From positions 62,001 to 126,000 of the IMG/VR virus record IMGVR_UViG_3300020473_000011: DNA of 64,000 nucleotides. One strand, given 5' to 3'. Position 1 is the first letter of the stretch. Each line of letters opens with the position of its first letter. Under the pieces are notes generated by a model. That model worked only from the letters and a program-made list of their open reading frames with translations. It was not told the DNA's origin and made no database searches. The translations under genes were made by a program, and so were the position numbers. Positions 50,617 to 60,214 of this stretch are shown here, in pieces.

Positions 50617-51296
50617 TCTGCCGCCTTACGTAGCTTATCACCTAAACGACTGCGCAGCTCATTGATGACACCGACGTGGTCTAGTAGCTGCTTACGTCGC
50701 GTACGCAGTTGCTCACCCTGTGACGCATAGCGGTCTTGTTTAAGTAAGTTATCAATGACACTCAGCTGTGCCTTGGCGACCATCCACGCCATTTGCGCAC
50801 GTTGCATAGCAATCGGAATGAAGGGCGCTGCGAACGTCTCAAGGCGTTTAGTAGTGTCACTAATGTAATCACTCACAAAATCACCGTAATCACCGTCAGG
50901 GAACGTTACAAGGCTACACAAGGCACTTAGGTCGCCACTGCCTGTCAGGTAGCACGGGAAGTTCGCATTTATCTGCAAGTCCGACCCTTCGTAGTCGTCA
51001 TCCATCATGTCAGGGGTGACGAGTTCTCTAAAGTTAATCGACCACATTGAGCACTCGTGAGACATACGGAACATCGCAGTTGCAAAGTCGTTCTCATGGG
51101 CAATGTGCTTCATGTAAAACGCAGGGGTCAGCCCACGCTCAGTATCATCAGTGGCAAGAAAGGAAGTCGCCGACCGTGATTTACCATAGTCAGTTATACG
51201 TACCAGCATACGCGGGATAAGCTTCCCTTTCTTTCGACTGTGCGGCGTTTCACATTCCGTCGCTAAAATTTCAAAGTTATCGAGTGCTCTACTCAT
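50613..51296 (-). CDS. hypothetical protein (4-gene paralog family)
   Basis: ALCSLV..P, QLSVIDNLL, RRKQLL. Confidence 0.75.
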   Translation of the reverse strand: MSRALDNFEILATECETPHSRKKGKLIPRMLVRITDYGKSRSATSFLATDDTERGLTPAFYMKHIAHENDFATAMFRMSHECSMWSINFRELVTPDMMDDDYEGSDLQINANFPCYLTGSGDLSALCSLVTFPDGDYGDFVSDYISDTTKRLETFAAPFIPIAMQRAQMAWMVAKAQLSVIDNLLKQDRYASQGEQLRTRRKQLLDHVGVINELRSRLGDKLRKAAE

Positions 51297-51408
51297 GGGT
51301 TGACCTCATTTGGTTTGTACACATACCTCAGCGTATGTCACTTTTTAATTATCATTTAAGGTGTCTGCGTCTCAGCGGGCGATACGATACAGGACAACCG
51401 TCGTATTG

Positions 51409-52185
51409 TCACGACCCTGCTTCATGGGCAATGGCATCCGCTGCACGACGTAGCTGCTTAACCAGCTGAAACTGATGCTCAATAAGCGAGACCTTCGTCG
51501 ACGTGTAGAAGTCTTCTATTTCGTCAAGAATGTCGGGGGTTAGGAAGGGCTTGTTGGCCTCGGCCTCCGCGCGAAAGTGTTGACCATCGAGTGCCCCATT
51601 TCGCATCATGCGCTGTATTATCCGTTGGGTGCCCTCACCCATAATGCACAGGTTGTTGAGGTAACGCTTCGTCTGATCCTTGAGCGTATCAAGGTTTACC
51701 ATACTCCCGATGTTTGTCGTAACCAAAGTAAGTTGATCAGGCGTTGTGCTGGTGGGTATATAGATGGGCATGGCGAGACAGGCTCTTGGTTGTTTAGCAT
51801 AACGGTCAGTCTCACGACATACAGCAAGGTAAGCCTGACTAGCGTCCCCATTGAAGTAGCCACGCGCCTTTGTCAGGCCGACGGCGTCTGAAAAGGGAAT
51901 GAAGTAATACGTTAACGGTGTTGCCGTAGACAGTAGCGTCTCATCGCAAAGGGCTTCAATCCGCTTTTTATCGACCTCGTAGACACACGCATATTGCAGT
52001 TGGTCTGCTAAGTCCATAAACGCGTTCGTCACACTTAGGACACTCTTCTGCATTAGCGCGAACGGGTAATACGGCGTTAGCTTCACAAAGATGACGGATG
52101 CGCCCCCTTCCTCAAACCAGTGGGCTTCGGTCAGCCGTGGCTCCACCAGCTCGGGTGTATAGTCCTCCCAACGATACTTACTCAT
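51409..52185 (-). CDS. hypothetical protein (4-gene paralog family, distant)
   Basis: RACLAMPIYIP. Confidence 0.7.
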   Translation of the reverse strand: MSKYRWEDYTPELVEPRLTEAHWFEEGGASVIFVKLTPYYPFALMQKSVLSVTNAFMDLADQLQYACVYEVDKKRIEALCDETLLSTATPLTYYFIPFSDAVGLTKARGYFNGDASQAYLAVCRETDRYAKQPRACLAMPIYIPTSTTPDQLTLVTTNIGSMVNLDTLKDQTKRYLNNLCIMGEGTQRIIQRMMRNGALDGQHFRAEAEANKPFLTPDILDEIEDFYTSTKVSLIEHQFQLVKQLRRAADAIAHEAGS

Positions 52186-52846
52186 AGCTTGAAGCCTTTA
52201 CCGCCTCAAGCGCATTGATCTGACTTAGCAGGTACCGACGGCGTGAGACAAATAAGTCCTTGATGTCACTCTCAGCTGTGTCGAACAGCGCTTTGATGAG
52301 GGCGAGCTGATTTGTGGCCAGTGCTTTAGAGGTATTAAGACGGCGCTCTTCACTTGGACGTAGGTAGCCCTGTGTATTCGCGTGGTCGGCATAGTTATAG
52401 ATGCTTTCAGCGAGACCATCTTGAATACCGCGTGGGACATCAAGCACTGCTGTGCAGATGCACGCACGGTTGTTACGCTGGCGGTAGATCAGTAGTCCTG
52501 TGTAGCTGCCTGAGTTACCGTAGCGACCCTTAATGGCGGCTTTGCTTGCCACCTTATAGGCTTCTACTTCGCTCACATCGTGGTAGCTGTTGTCATGGAG
52601 AATGTTGGAAACAGCCAGTGCATCGCGCTCATCAAGCAAGTAGTTCAAAAAGGTAGCACCTTCGAAGAGCGTATCTGTTTTTAGGCGGAACTCGGTATAG
52701 TCGAACTCATCGGTCAGGGGAAGCAGTAACGCACGGGAACCTGTCTTCTTATCGGTAAAGACATGATTAGTTAGTGTGTGGTCTGGGTGGTCTAACGATG
52801 CGCTTAGCATATCGGTCATTCCTTCGGGGCTGCCATAGGCGGCCAA
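52178..52846 (-). CDS. hypothetical protein (4-gene paralog family); start uncertain
   Basis: RACICTAVLDVP, QLALIKALF, RRRYLL. Confidence 0.7.
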   Translation of the reverse strand: MAAYGSPEGMTDMLSASLDHPDHTLTNHVFTDKKTGSRALLLPLTDEFDYTEFRLKTDTLFEGATFLNYLLDERDALAVSNILHDNSYHDVSEVEAYKVASKAAIKGRYGNSGSYTGLLIYRQRNNRACICTAVLDVPRGIQDGLAESIYNYADHANTQGYLRPSEERRLNTSKALATNQLALIKALFDTAESDIKDLFVSRRRYLLSQINALEAVKASSYE

Positions 52847-52865
52847 TTAATCGGTTAATGAGGTC

Positions 52866-52938
52866 AGTATACATCGTTGTACAATGATTGCAATGGGTTG
52901 CGTTGAAAAAGTGAGCGATAATCGACTGCGGTGCAGTC
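52866..52938 (-). promoter_or_regulatory. promoter: box A in spacer, box B upstream
   Basis: TTGCAA-16(box A)-TATACT; GACTGC-GGT-GCAGTC 52924-52938. Confidence 0.8.
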
Positions 52939-52979
52939 TATCTGACAGAAAGCGTGTCTGGTATAAAGCGGGTCTGATA

Positions 52980-53097
52980 GAAAGAGAGTGCCTAGCCCGC
53001 AGTTAGGAGCAACGGGAAGGCACTCGTAAGTTAGAAGGAAGACGCCGCAGCCCGTGGATTTTTGCGTATGATGTGGTTGGGCTGCGACGTGTTTTTT
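52980..53097 (-). ncRNA. candidate two-hairpin small RNA
   Basis: stems 52986-52993/53018-53025 and 53042-53053/53079-53090 with C-rich loops on minus strand. Confidence 0.35.
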
Positions 53098-53124
53098 CGG
53101 TTTAGTTAATACTTAGCCACGCTA

Positions 53125-53772
53125 TTACATGGCATTGCATGACGGGTCGTTCCCGTCGTGGTCGTCTTTCTCGTGCTGGTACTGTGCATATAGCCCCGCC
53201 AGTTTCATGCGTGTTGTACAGGCTGGCATGAAGTTGAGTAAATCACTCAGTGCTTTGATGTTGCCATCAGCGAGCATTTCTTTTGCCTTGGGTAAAAAGT
53301 ACGCATCCATTTCTTGGGCAAGTACTTGGCGGTCACCCTCAATTGCGTTGACACGCTCATAGAAGGCTGCTTTGATGTCTTCACTGCTCGTGTTCGCAGC
53401 ACGGTCGGCCGCATTATTTGCATAGCGCTTCAAGGTCTCGTCAATCACCTGCTGAACGACCGTCGTTACGCTCGTATGCAGATACGTCATGATGAAGTTA
53501 CTATCAAGCGACTGACGCTGACAGAACAGTGTGATGGCACGTAGGATAGCGTTGCTGACCATGTTCTCAAGCTGCGGGCGATAGATGCCATCGTACTGAT
53601 TGAATGACTCACTCACTGTAGATGCGATCACTTCTTCACCCTCAGTGTGTAAGAACTCATGTGCTGTACGAATATGAATAACAGCCTCTGAACAAATATC
53701 CACGAGTGCTTGTTGAATGGCTTGTTGTAACAGCCCTTCTACTTGGGACTGACTAATATCAATTGGTTTCAC
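53125..53772 (-). CDS. helical hypothetical protein
   Basis: GAGGA RBS, GTG start. Confidence 0.75.
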   Translation of the reverse strand: MKPIDISQSQVEGLLQQAIQQALVDICSEAVIHIRTAHEFLHTEGEEVIASTVSESFNQYDGIYRPQLENMVSNAILRAITLFCQRQSLDSNFIMTYLHTSVTTVVQQVIDETLKRYANNAADRAANTSSEDIKAAFYERVNAIEGDRQVLAQEMDAYFLPKAKEMLADGNIKALSDLLNFMPACTTRMKLAGLYAQYQHEKDDHDGNDPSCNAM

Positions 53773-53834
53773 AGTTCAATTCCTCTTGCCTTGCAAGACT
53801 TACTTTCGAGACAGCCGAAAGCTTATGGGTACCC

Positions 53835-53894
53835 ATCTTAAAGCGTTGTACAATGAAGTCAACACTTATTTTTACAAAAACGACTGCGCCCCAG
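53835..53894 (-). promoter_or_regulatory. promoter: box A in spacer, box B upstream
   Basis: TTGACT-16(box A)-TAAGAT; AAAAACGACTGCGCCCCAG 53876-53894. Confidence 0.8.
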
Positions 53895-54092
53895 TGCATT
53901 ATAGCAAATCCTAAACCCTTACTTACACAGAGTATAGTCCCAGTCTGCACCATTGGCTATACACGCTGTCTGTGTGGACTGGGTGTACCATTAAGCAGTG
54001 TTAGGCGGTGACAGGTATCTGGTTGCCAGAAATAAAAAAGGCCACCATGGGTGACCTTTACTGTTTCCGTTCATAGTGAAAGCGGTGGAGAG

Positions 54093-54323
54093 CTAGCGCT
54101 GGTTAAAGCCATTGTTGCTTACATACATCACATAGCGGTTGTCGCTGCGATTCGACTGCATGTATTGGACATCGAAACCTGCGTCCAGTGCTTCTTTCAT
54201 GAGGCTATCGCGCTCAGTGACAGGGTACTGCGCCCCATGGCGGATGCGGCCTTGGTTCTTTCGCTCGTCTAAGCGGTAGTGTGCTACTAGGATGACGGTG
54301 TCGTTTGCTTGTGAGTCAGCCAT
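54093..54323 (-). CDS. hypothetical protein
   Basis: operon ORF; terminator hairpin 54035-54059 downstream. Confidence 0.65.
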   Translation of the reverse strand: MADSQANDTVILVAHYRLDERKNQGRIRHGAQYPVTERDSLMKEALDAGFDVQYMQSNRSDNRYVMYVSNNGFNQR

Positions 54324-54332
54324 AACAGTGCC

Positions 54333-54563
54333 CTATACTCGTTGGATTTTAAGCACACCGTTGTGAGGCAGGCGCTCACGGATGTTCTTGTGCACGTTAT
54401 ACGTTACGTGCTGGGCATTAATATGGTTCTCATGAAAGAACGCCAGCGCTTGTTTGATTTCGTCGGCGGTGAAGTCGCGAAGACCAATAATCGCCCAGCC
54501 ACGACGGTTAAATTTTTTAATAGCATCTTGTAGTGAAGCAAGCGTTTGTTTTGATAAGCTCAT
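54333..54563 (-). CDS. hypothetical protein
   Basis: GGAG RBS. Confidence 0.7.
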   Translation of the reverse strand: MSLSKQTLASLQDAIKKFNRRGWAIIGLRDFTADEIKQALAFFHENHINAQHVTYNVHKNIRERLPHNGVLKIQRV

Positions 54564-54666
54564 GATTAGCTCCGTGTCTCATTTAATAATCATGTGCGCA
54601 GGCAGTGTCTCTCGGTGCCCACCTGCGCCGTTGTTTCTTAGGGTTGTTTAATAATTGGGTTATGGG

Positions 54667-55113
54667 TTACTTAGTGCGCTTCTTACGCGGCGCACGGTCA
54701 GGGTCGATGACCATGGCCAGTTGGCCTGCCAGAAACTTGCCTTTGCGGCTGAGCATAAAATACTTACCGATTTCTTGTGATCCTGAGTTCACTTTTGCAA
54801 CGAGGTCGTTGCCGTCGACTGAACTGTGACGGAACATAGAGCTAAAAGCACGCCCCTTTGGTAAAAGACCCGCAGCTACTAACTCATTCAGGCTCACGCG
54901 CTCTTTACCGTGCATGTACATCAGCGCCAGCATACCTTGCTGATTAAGACCAAGCTCTTTGGCCTTGTCTAAGAGGTGCAGGAACAATAAACAGACCTTA
55001 TCAGGGGTCAAGCCTAAGTCGCGGCCTTCGCTCTTACGTTTGATAGCGGTCTCGTGACTGGTCAGTGTGTCAATGACTTGGCGTAATTCGGTCAGTTGGT
55101 TTACTGGGTTCAT
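54667..55113 (-). CDS. winged-helix-like protein
   Basis: GLNQQGMLALMYM...SLNEL...LVAK...FMLSRKGK (MarR-like layout). Confidence 0.55.
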   Translation of the reverse strand: MNPVNQLTELRQVIDTLTSHETAIKRKSEGRDLGLTPDKVCLLFLHLLDKAKELGLNQQGMLALMYMHGKERVSLNELVAAGLLPKGRAFSSMFRHSSVDGNDLVAKVNSGSQEIGKYFMLSRKGKFLAGQLAMVIDPDRAPRKKRTK

Positions 55114-55114
55114 G

Positions 55115-55840
55115 TTATGCTCGCTTCTTGTCATGAATGTAAAAATCACGTTCCATCGAGAACGTCGGTGCTTGCTGTGGTGCCCCTGCGTTTAGTGCAT
55201 TAAGGCGGTCTGCCATGCGGCTAAAACTGATTGCCATGTTGAAGATGTCACGGTAGTCGGTCATGGTATTGATAATGGCCACCAGCTCTTTGAGGTACTT
55301 TTCGTTGTACTTGCCTTGGTGACCTTTCACCTCGTCGTGGTACCAGTAGAATTTGTGGAACTCGCACAGGGCATCTTCAACGACGTTACGACGGTACAGG
55401 TTATCGGTAGGCTCGCATTCCCACTCGCGAAGCTTACGTAAGTACTCAAGTAGTGCTAGTGCATGCGGGTCACGTTGTGCTTGCATGCCCTGCGTCGTTA
55501 GGCGGTTGTAAGCTGCAATACGTAGTGCCTGTGTACACTGCTCAATCTCGTGGTTAAGGTGGTCTAGGTACTCTTCCTGATGAGGTGACGGTTTACCCTC
55601 TTCAACGTGCTCCCACGTAAAGGCGATGTTCTTTCGGTAAGCACGGATATGCTTAACATTGGCCTTAACCACTTCACGCCAAAACTGCTTGTTCTCACGT
55701 GTGAACGTACGCTCAATCGGATGAAGCCCCAGCAAGCCATTTTTGAAAAGCTCAGGGGTGAAGCAATACGCATGGTTCGTATTGACTGGGTAATCATGCA
55801 GGTCTTTTACCAGCACCTTACTTGGAAATAAAGCGTCCAT
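55115..55840 (-). CDS. hypothetical protein
   Basis: AAGGA RBS after promoter. Confidence 0.8.
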   Translation of the reverse strand: MDALFPSKVLVKDLHDYPVNTNHAYCFTPELFKNGLLGLHPIERTFTRENKQFWREVVKANVKHIRAYRKNIAFTWEHVEEGKPSPHQEEYLDHLNHEIEQCTQALRIAAYNRLTTQGMQAQRDPHALALLEYLRKLREWECEPTDNLYRRNVVEDALCEFHKFYWYHDEVKGHQGKYNEKYLKELVAIINTMTDYRDIFNMAISFSRMADRLNALNAGAPQQAPTFSMERDFYIHDKKRA

Positions 55841-55871
55841 TGTTTCGGTTCCTTATCGGTTAGTGACGCCT

Positions 55872-55931
55872 ATTATATTTCGTTGTACAACGTTTGCAAG
55901 TGTTTATTTGTTAAAATCGACTGCACCGCAG
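55872..55931 (-). promoter_or_regulatory. promoter: box A in spacer, box B upstream
   Basis: TTGCAA-16(box A)-TATAAT; AAAATCGACTGCACCGCAG 55913-55931. Confidence 0.85.
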
Positions 55932-56051
55932 GGGTCTGCACCAATAAACCCCTATCCTAGTCAAGCACAGCCACAGGTACAAACAAAAAGGCCACCGCGT
56001 GGGTGACCTCTTCTGTGTGGCTAAATTCGACTGCACTGTGCAGGCAAGGCG

Positions 56052-56297
56052 CTACTCAAACAATGCAGTAACCTCATCGTTACTCAGACGCATGCTCTCA
56101 ACAAAGAGCGGTCTGCCATTTTGAAGCCCATCGTCAAGCACCTCAAACGACACGCCGACAGACGTGTACACAACATCACTCACAATACAGCGGTCGTGGT
56201 GCTTTTGTCTGGCCAGCTCGGTCAGCCTTGTGTTGATGGCGCTTGTACTTTCGTGCGCAGTCTCAAGGAACTGCGCGATTGTGTCTTTGCTATTCAT
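56052..56297 (-). CDS. hypothetical protein
   Basis: GGAG RBS. Confidence 0.65.
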   Translation of the reverse strand: MNSKDTIAQFLETAHESTSAINTRLTELARQKHHDRCIVSDVVYTSVGVSFEVLDDGLQNGRPLFVESMRLSNDEVTALFE

Positions 56298-56324
56298 ACG
56301 AACTCCGTTTGTATTTGATGAGTG

Positions 56325-56519
56325 TCAGTCCGATGGTACGGGCTGACACTCTATTTTGCCACGAATAAACATGCTGCCTGTATGCCCACGCTCAGCGCAG
56401 GACAACAGTATAGCCTCGCCCATGACCAGCCTTATCAGAAAGCTGGTGGCCAGCGCCGTGACCAGCATGGTAATGACAATATGCTTAAAGTGCCTTACGC
56501 GAGGGCTAGTCCCAGTCAA
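56325..56519 (-). CDS. small membrane-anchored protein
   Basis: single TM then C...C. Confidence 0.55.
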   Translation of the reverse strand: MTGTSPRVRHFKHIVITMLVTALATSFLIRLVMGEAILLSCAERGHTGSMFIRGKIECQPVPSD

Positions 56520-56907
56520 GTTCTTTTACCTCAATGTCTTTTAAGAGGGTACTTTCGAGTCGCTTGGCAGCGGCCAGCTGCTTCTCTAGCGACGCTACAA
56601 GGCGCACTGTAGACTCATGAATATACTGCTTGGCCGTGTCAATCGCTGCGTTGAAGTTACCACCTTCTGGCACCACAATACGACGTGAGGTGTAGGCGTT
56701 GCCTACGTTCACCACCGTACCCAACGTGCCTTGGTTAAAGCGGTGGCCATCGACGTTGAAGGTCTTATCCCCTGCCTTATCAACGACCGCTTTGTGCAGT
56801 ACGCGTATACGCTTTTGGTAAGCTTTCAGGTGGTCTGCCGTTGGCACTGAAAAAACAATAATGCTTACGCGGTCATCTACGTTTACTTTGTTTGTGTTAC
56901 CCGACAT
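56506..56907 (-). CDS. hypothetical protein
   Basis: GGAGG RBS. Confidence 0.75.
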   Translation of the reverse strand: MSGNTNKVNVDDRVSIIVFSVPTADHLKAYQKRIRVLHKAVVDKAGDKTFNVDGHRFNQGTLGTVVNVGNAYTSRRIVVPEGGNFNAAIDTAKQYIHESTVRLVASLEKQLAAAKRLESTLLKDIEVKELDWD

Positions 56908-57328
56908 GATCAGCCTCCCCTGCTAGGCAGCCCTGTAACCAGTTGTGCAGGTCTTTCACATCACGTGCCACCAGCGCAAAGCCTAGGTGCTCTAAGTCAT
57001 CTGGGTGCTTATGGAACGCAAAGACTAAGCCTTCATCGTATGGCTCGCCCCAGTTGGTTGTTGCCATGGTCACCTCTGGCAGCCCTTGTGAGCGTTCGTG
57101 CGGTGTTGTGTACTCAAACTTACCGTCGACAAAGAAGCGTGACAGGCTTTCGGCGAAGTACTTTATCTCTTGATCAGTGAGCAAGACATAACCTGACGGC
57201 ATCATTTCACTTTCAAACGACAGCATAAGCATGCGGCGGTCACCGTCGACAACCCACAGGCTCATTAATGTGTTGTCACGGCTGCTGTACACGCGTGACA
57301 GTTTATTTGATTGGTCTACTAATAACAT
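56897..57328 (-). CDS. hypothetical protein
   Basis: AAGGA RBS. Confidence 0.7.
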   Translation of the reverse strand: MLLVDQSNKLSRVYSSRDNTLMSLWVVDGDRRMLMLSFESEMMPSGYVLLTDQEIKYFAESLSRFFVDGKFEYTTPHERSQGLPEVTMATTNWGEPYDEGLVFAFHKHPDDLEHLGFALVARDVKDLHNWLQGCLAGEADHVG

Positions 57329-57340
57329 CGCACAGGTTCC

Positions 57341-57673
57341 TTAGAATAATTCAATTAGTAGTTTATTAAGGATAAGTGAATCTGGGTGTAGATAGTCACT
57401 CATACCATCTTGGTCTATGTTGACAGTCTTACCGTCTTTGTACACTAAGGCCACATGGCCTGCGGGCAAGCCCATCGTTTTCACGCCGTGACGAAACGCG
57501 GTTACCATGAGGTCAGCACCCACACTTTGCTCAATGGTCTCGTTACTGGTTAGACTGCGCTCAAGGATGTCCTTGGCCAGTGACTCCACCTGCTTGTCAG
57601 GGACGACAGTGCCGTTGTCATGGTCAACGTGTAGGATGACCTTTGGCTGCTGTGTCGGTTGTTGCGCTGGCAT
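57341..57673 (-). CDS. hypothetical protein
   Basis: AAGGA RBS. Confidence 0.7.
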   Translation of the reverse strand: MPAQQPTQQPKVILHVDHDNGTVVPDKQVESLAKDILERSLTSNETIEQSVGADLMVTAFRHGVKTMGLPAGHVALVYKDGKTVNIDQDGMSDYLHPDSLILNKLLIELF

Positions 57674-57679
57674 AGAGGG

Positions 57680-57868
57680 TTAGTCCTTTTTTGCTTTCTC
57701 AGCGCGTAGCGCTTCAAGGTGGTCAGCAAGCACCCGCAGGTCATCGGGTGTGACGAACTGTGTGTCTAAGCCCACCAGCATGCTAGGACACTGAATGAAG
57801 TAGTTCTCTTCACGCAGGCCACTCTCACTAAACTTGATGTTACCGCTTATCGTTTTTTCGGTGCTCAT
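57680..57868 (-). CDS. small hypothetical protein
   Basis: TPDDLRVLADHLE; AAGGA RBS. Confidence 0.7.
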   Translation of the reverse strand: MSTEKTISGNIKFSESGLREENYFIQCPSMLVGLDTQFVTPDDLRVLADHLEALRAEKAKKD

Positions 57869-57897
57869 AATTGCATCCTTTTAATTGTAATTCGGGG

Positions 57898-58254
57898 TTA
57901 GTTTTTACCTAGATAGATTTCAACGCGTGGCTTGTCGCTTTCAGGATCAACGTCGTCATACAGCTGACCGTCAGCACCCTTACCGTTCATTAGGTAAGGG
58001 TAGCTTCGTACAAGCATCCCTAGCAGGGCAACGCCCATAAGCCATGGCATAACGGCGTCTAGCTTATCAAGGCCAACGACGGTCTCAGGAAACCAACGCG
58101 TAATAATATCTTCGAGCGACAAGAAGAAACACATGAACACAAGGCCAAGCTGAAACCCTGTCTTGTGTGAGTCCTCACAATAGAACGTACCCTGCTCGAC
58201 CGTCTTGGTCGATGCCTTACGAAGCGCGTGTGCTGGTTTATTCTGTGATGACAT
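57898..58254 (-). CDS. membrane protein (2 TM)
   Basis: follows promoter 58291. Confidence 0.7.
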   Translation of the reverse strand: MSSQNKPAHALRKASTKTVEQGTFYCEDSHKTGFQLGLVFMCFFLSLEDIITRWFPETVVGLDKLDAVMPWLMGVALLGMLVRSYPYLMNGKGADGQLYDDVDPESDKPRVEIYLGKN

Positions 58255-58290
58255 GCTGTATTCCTTTTGTGTATCGGTTATCTGGAACCC

Positions 58291-58350
58291 ACTATATCAG
58301 CATGAAAATCGTTGTACAATACTTTTTTAATTAAATCGACTGCATCGCAG
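58291..58350 (-). promoter_or_regulatory. promoter: box A as -35, box B upstream
   Basis: TTGTAC-17-TATAGT; AAATCGACTGCATCGCAG 58333-58350. Confidence 0.8.
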
Positions 58351-58394
58351 CTGAATAGGCGTCATCTACTATCAGTCCAGTTACCAGTCCAGTT

Positions 58395-58661
58395 TTAACG
58401 GTGTACCCCAGCCCAGTAAGGAAGCAGCGACGCCTTCTCACCATTGACCTGTCGACGTGACAACGGCATGTACACACTCACCTCATAGCCGACCAGTTTG
58501 GCCAATGCCCGTAGATAATTATTCTGGCGCAGGGTGATGGCTTGCATGCGACTACGGGTCATATCCTTTAGAAAGCGCTGGTCGTACGGTGTCAGCTGAT
58601 CAGGCTTGGCCACTGCCAAGATGGCACGGGCTACCTTACTGATATTCTTGGGGTCACCCAT
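58395..58661 (-). CDS. small phage-type hypothetical protein
   Basis: LT.YD..FL.DM...IT.RQ..YL; GAGG RBS. Confidence 0.7.
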   Translation of the reverse strand: MGDPKNISKVARAILAVAKPDQLTPYDQRFLKDMTRSRMQAITLRQNNYLRALAKLVGYEVSVYMPLSRRQVNGEKASLLPYWAGVHR

Positions 58662-58784
58662 ACAGTACCTCGCTGGTTAGTGACTACGGTTATACAAAAA
58701 GAAAAGGCCGCCAATGGCAGCCTTTGGGCGGAGAATATAAAGCGGAAATAATGGTATACCAGCTCTATACTTTAACTTAATTCG

Positions 58785-59093
58785 TTATTGACTCAGGGCA
58801 CCGTAGCGGGTCTCAAGTCTGACAGTCCCGTTGTTTATCTTGGCCATCCCGTTTTGTACAAAGGTTGCTGTAAAACCGAAGTTCGTTGCTTCAACCATGG
58901 CACCGTCTTCGTGCTGGGTGATGACAACCATCTGCTTCTTGGCCAGTGACTCAATGGCCACACGGTCACAGCCACCAAAATCGGCCAATGCCATTGCTGC
59001 CTTTGGTTGACTTAATTGGTCGCCTTCAAGGTGCAGGGTCTCTTCCACTATCTGCTTTAGCAGACGGCGTTGAGGCGGTGATAACTTTGTCAT
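58785..59093 (-). CDS. small protein, possibly winged-helix
   Basis: KLSPPQ..LL...IESL.KK.MV...T..G; TTGACG-17-TAAGCT upstream. Confidence 0.65.
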   Translation of the reverse strand: MTKLSPPQRRLLKQIVEETLHLEGDQLSQPKAAMALADFGGCDRVAIESLAKKQMVVITQHEDGAMVEATNFGFTATFVQNGMAKINNGTVRLETRYGALSQ

Positions 59094-59221
59094 TGTTCAT
59101 TTCTCTAAATATGTGCAGTGCAAGGCACTACGTACGCCTAAGTCTCGCCGTCAGCTTACCGCCCACGGCAAAGACCGTCAATTACTTTTACTTACTTTTT
59201 TAGGCAAGTACCCGAAGGCAC

Positions 59222-59728
59222 TTACTCTTCTGGGATGCTGCCGTGTTCAGCGATAGCCGCGTTAACACGGTCATAGATAACAGCGCGAAGCTTAGACAAT
59301 TCATTCGATACATAGACAAAGCGCTGTGTTTGTGCGAACTCTTCGTCAGTCTGCTCACGTGAATAGCTTACGGTAACACCTAAACCATCTTCACCTGTGT
59401 AGAACTCGTAGTCAGTGACTGAGTCCAGTGCAATCCCTTTCTCGTAAAGGACATCGTTCATTTCTTTCTCGATGTCGAGCGTCAGCGACATAAGGCTGTT
59501 ACCTGAGACAGGTGGAATAGTAAATTCAAGCTGCTGTGCAACCCTCCGACGCTTCGAAGCATCTAGCATCTGCGTGTTCTCACCCATGATGAAGCGGCGA
59601 AGTGCGCGCTGATCCGCACTACTTTCTAAGTCGACTTCCAGTCCCAGCTCAGCAAGCAGGCGGGTTAGCCATGGGTTTGTCGCGTAAACGCGGTCTCGAT
59701 TAAGGTTTCGTCTTTTTGGCGGTAGCAT
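59222..59728 (-). CDS. hypothetical protein
   Basis: AAGGA RBS. Confidence 0.7.
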   Translation of the reverse strand: MLPPKRRNLNRDRVYATNPWLTRLLAELGLEVDLESSADQRALRRFIMGENTQMLDASKRRRVAQQLEFTIPPVSGNSLMSLTLDIEKEMNDVLYEKGIALDSVTDYEFYTGEDGLGVTVSYSREQTDEEFAQTQRFVYVSNELSKLRAVIYDRVNAAIAEHGSIPEE

Positions 59729-59738
59729 TTGTTAGTCC

Positions 59739-59915
59739 TTAGAGAAGACCTAAGCGGTCTTGCCAGTCTGTTATTTTGTTGTTGATGCGTGACAGCTCAT
59801 CGGTCTCAGCATCCGTGAGGTCACGGTCTAAGGCGGCAAGCTGGTTACGTCGAGCCACCAGCACGGCGAGTGCTGGGTATTTCTTACAGGCGTCTGCCCA
59901 CGGCGTTGTGTTCAT
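59739..59915 (-). CDS. small hypothetical protein (58 aa, absent from ORF track)
   Basis: ATGA overlap, GGAGG RBS; MNTTPWADACKKYP...DRLGLL. Confidence 0.65.
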   Translation of the reverse strand: MNTTPWADACKKYPALAVLVARRNQLAALDRDLTDAETDELSRINNKITDWQDRLGLL

Positions 59916-60214
59916 GACTTACCTCCCATGTAAAGCTCAGGCATGAACTTCTGTACGGTAACACGGGCGTTCTCTTTCGCGGCAGCAACCTCGACAGGGT
60001 AATCTGAGATCAGGTCATCTTCGAAGTTATAGCCATAGTCAAAAAGATGGGCGTTAATCGCTTCTTTCAGGGCTTTCTTAGACGTAATGTCGCGCGTACT
60101 GCGTGCCACGATATACTCCACGTCGTCTGCATACACAGCAAAGGTTACCTGCGACTTAGCGAAGACTTGATGACTGATTTTGTGCTTAAAGTAAGAGAAC
60201 AGGCTCATGGTCAT
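59912..60214 (-). CDS. hypothetical protein
   Basis: TAATG coupling. Confidence 0.7.
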   Translation of the reverse strand: MTMSLFSYFKHKISHQVFAKSQVTFAVYADDVEYIVARSTRDITSKKALKEAINAHLFDYGYNFEDDLISDYPVEVAAAKENARVTVQKFMPELYMGGKS

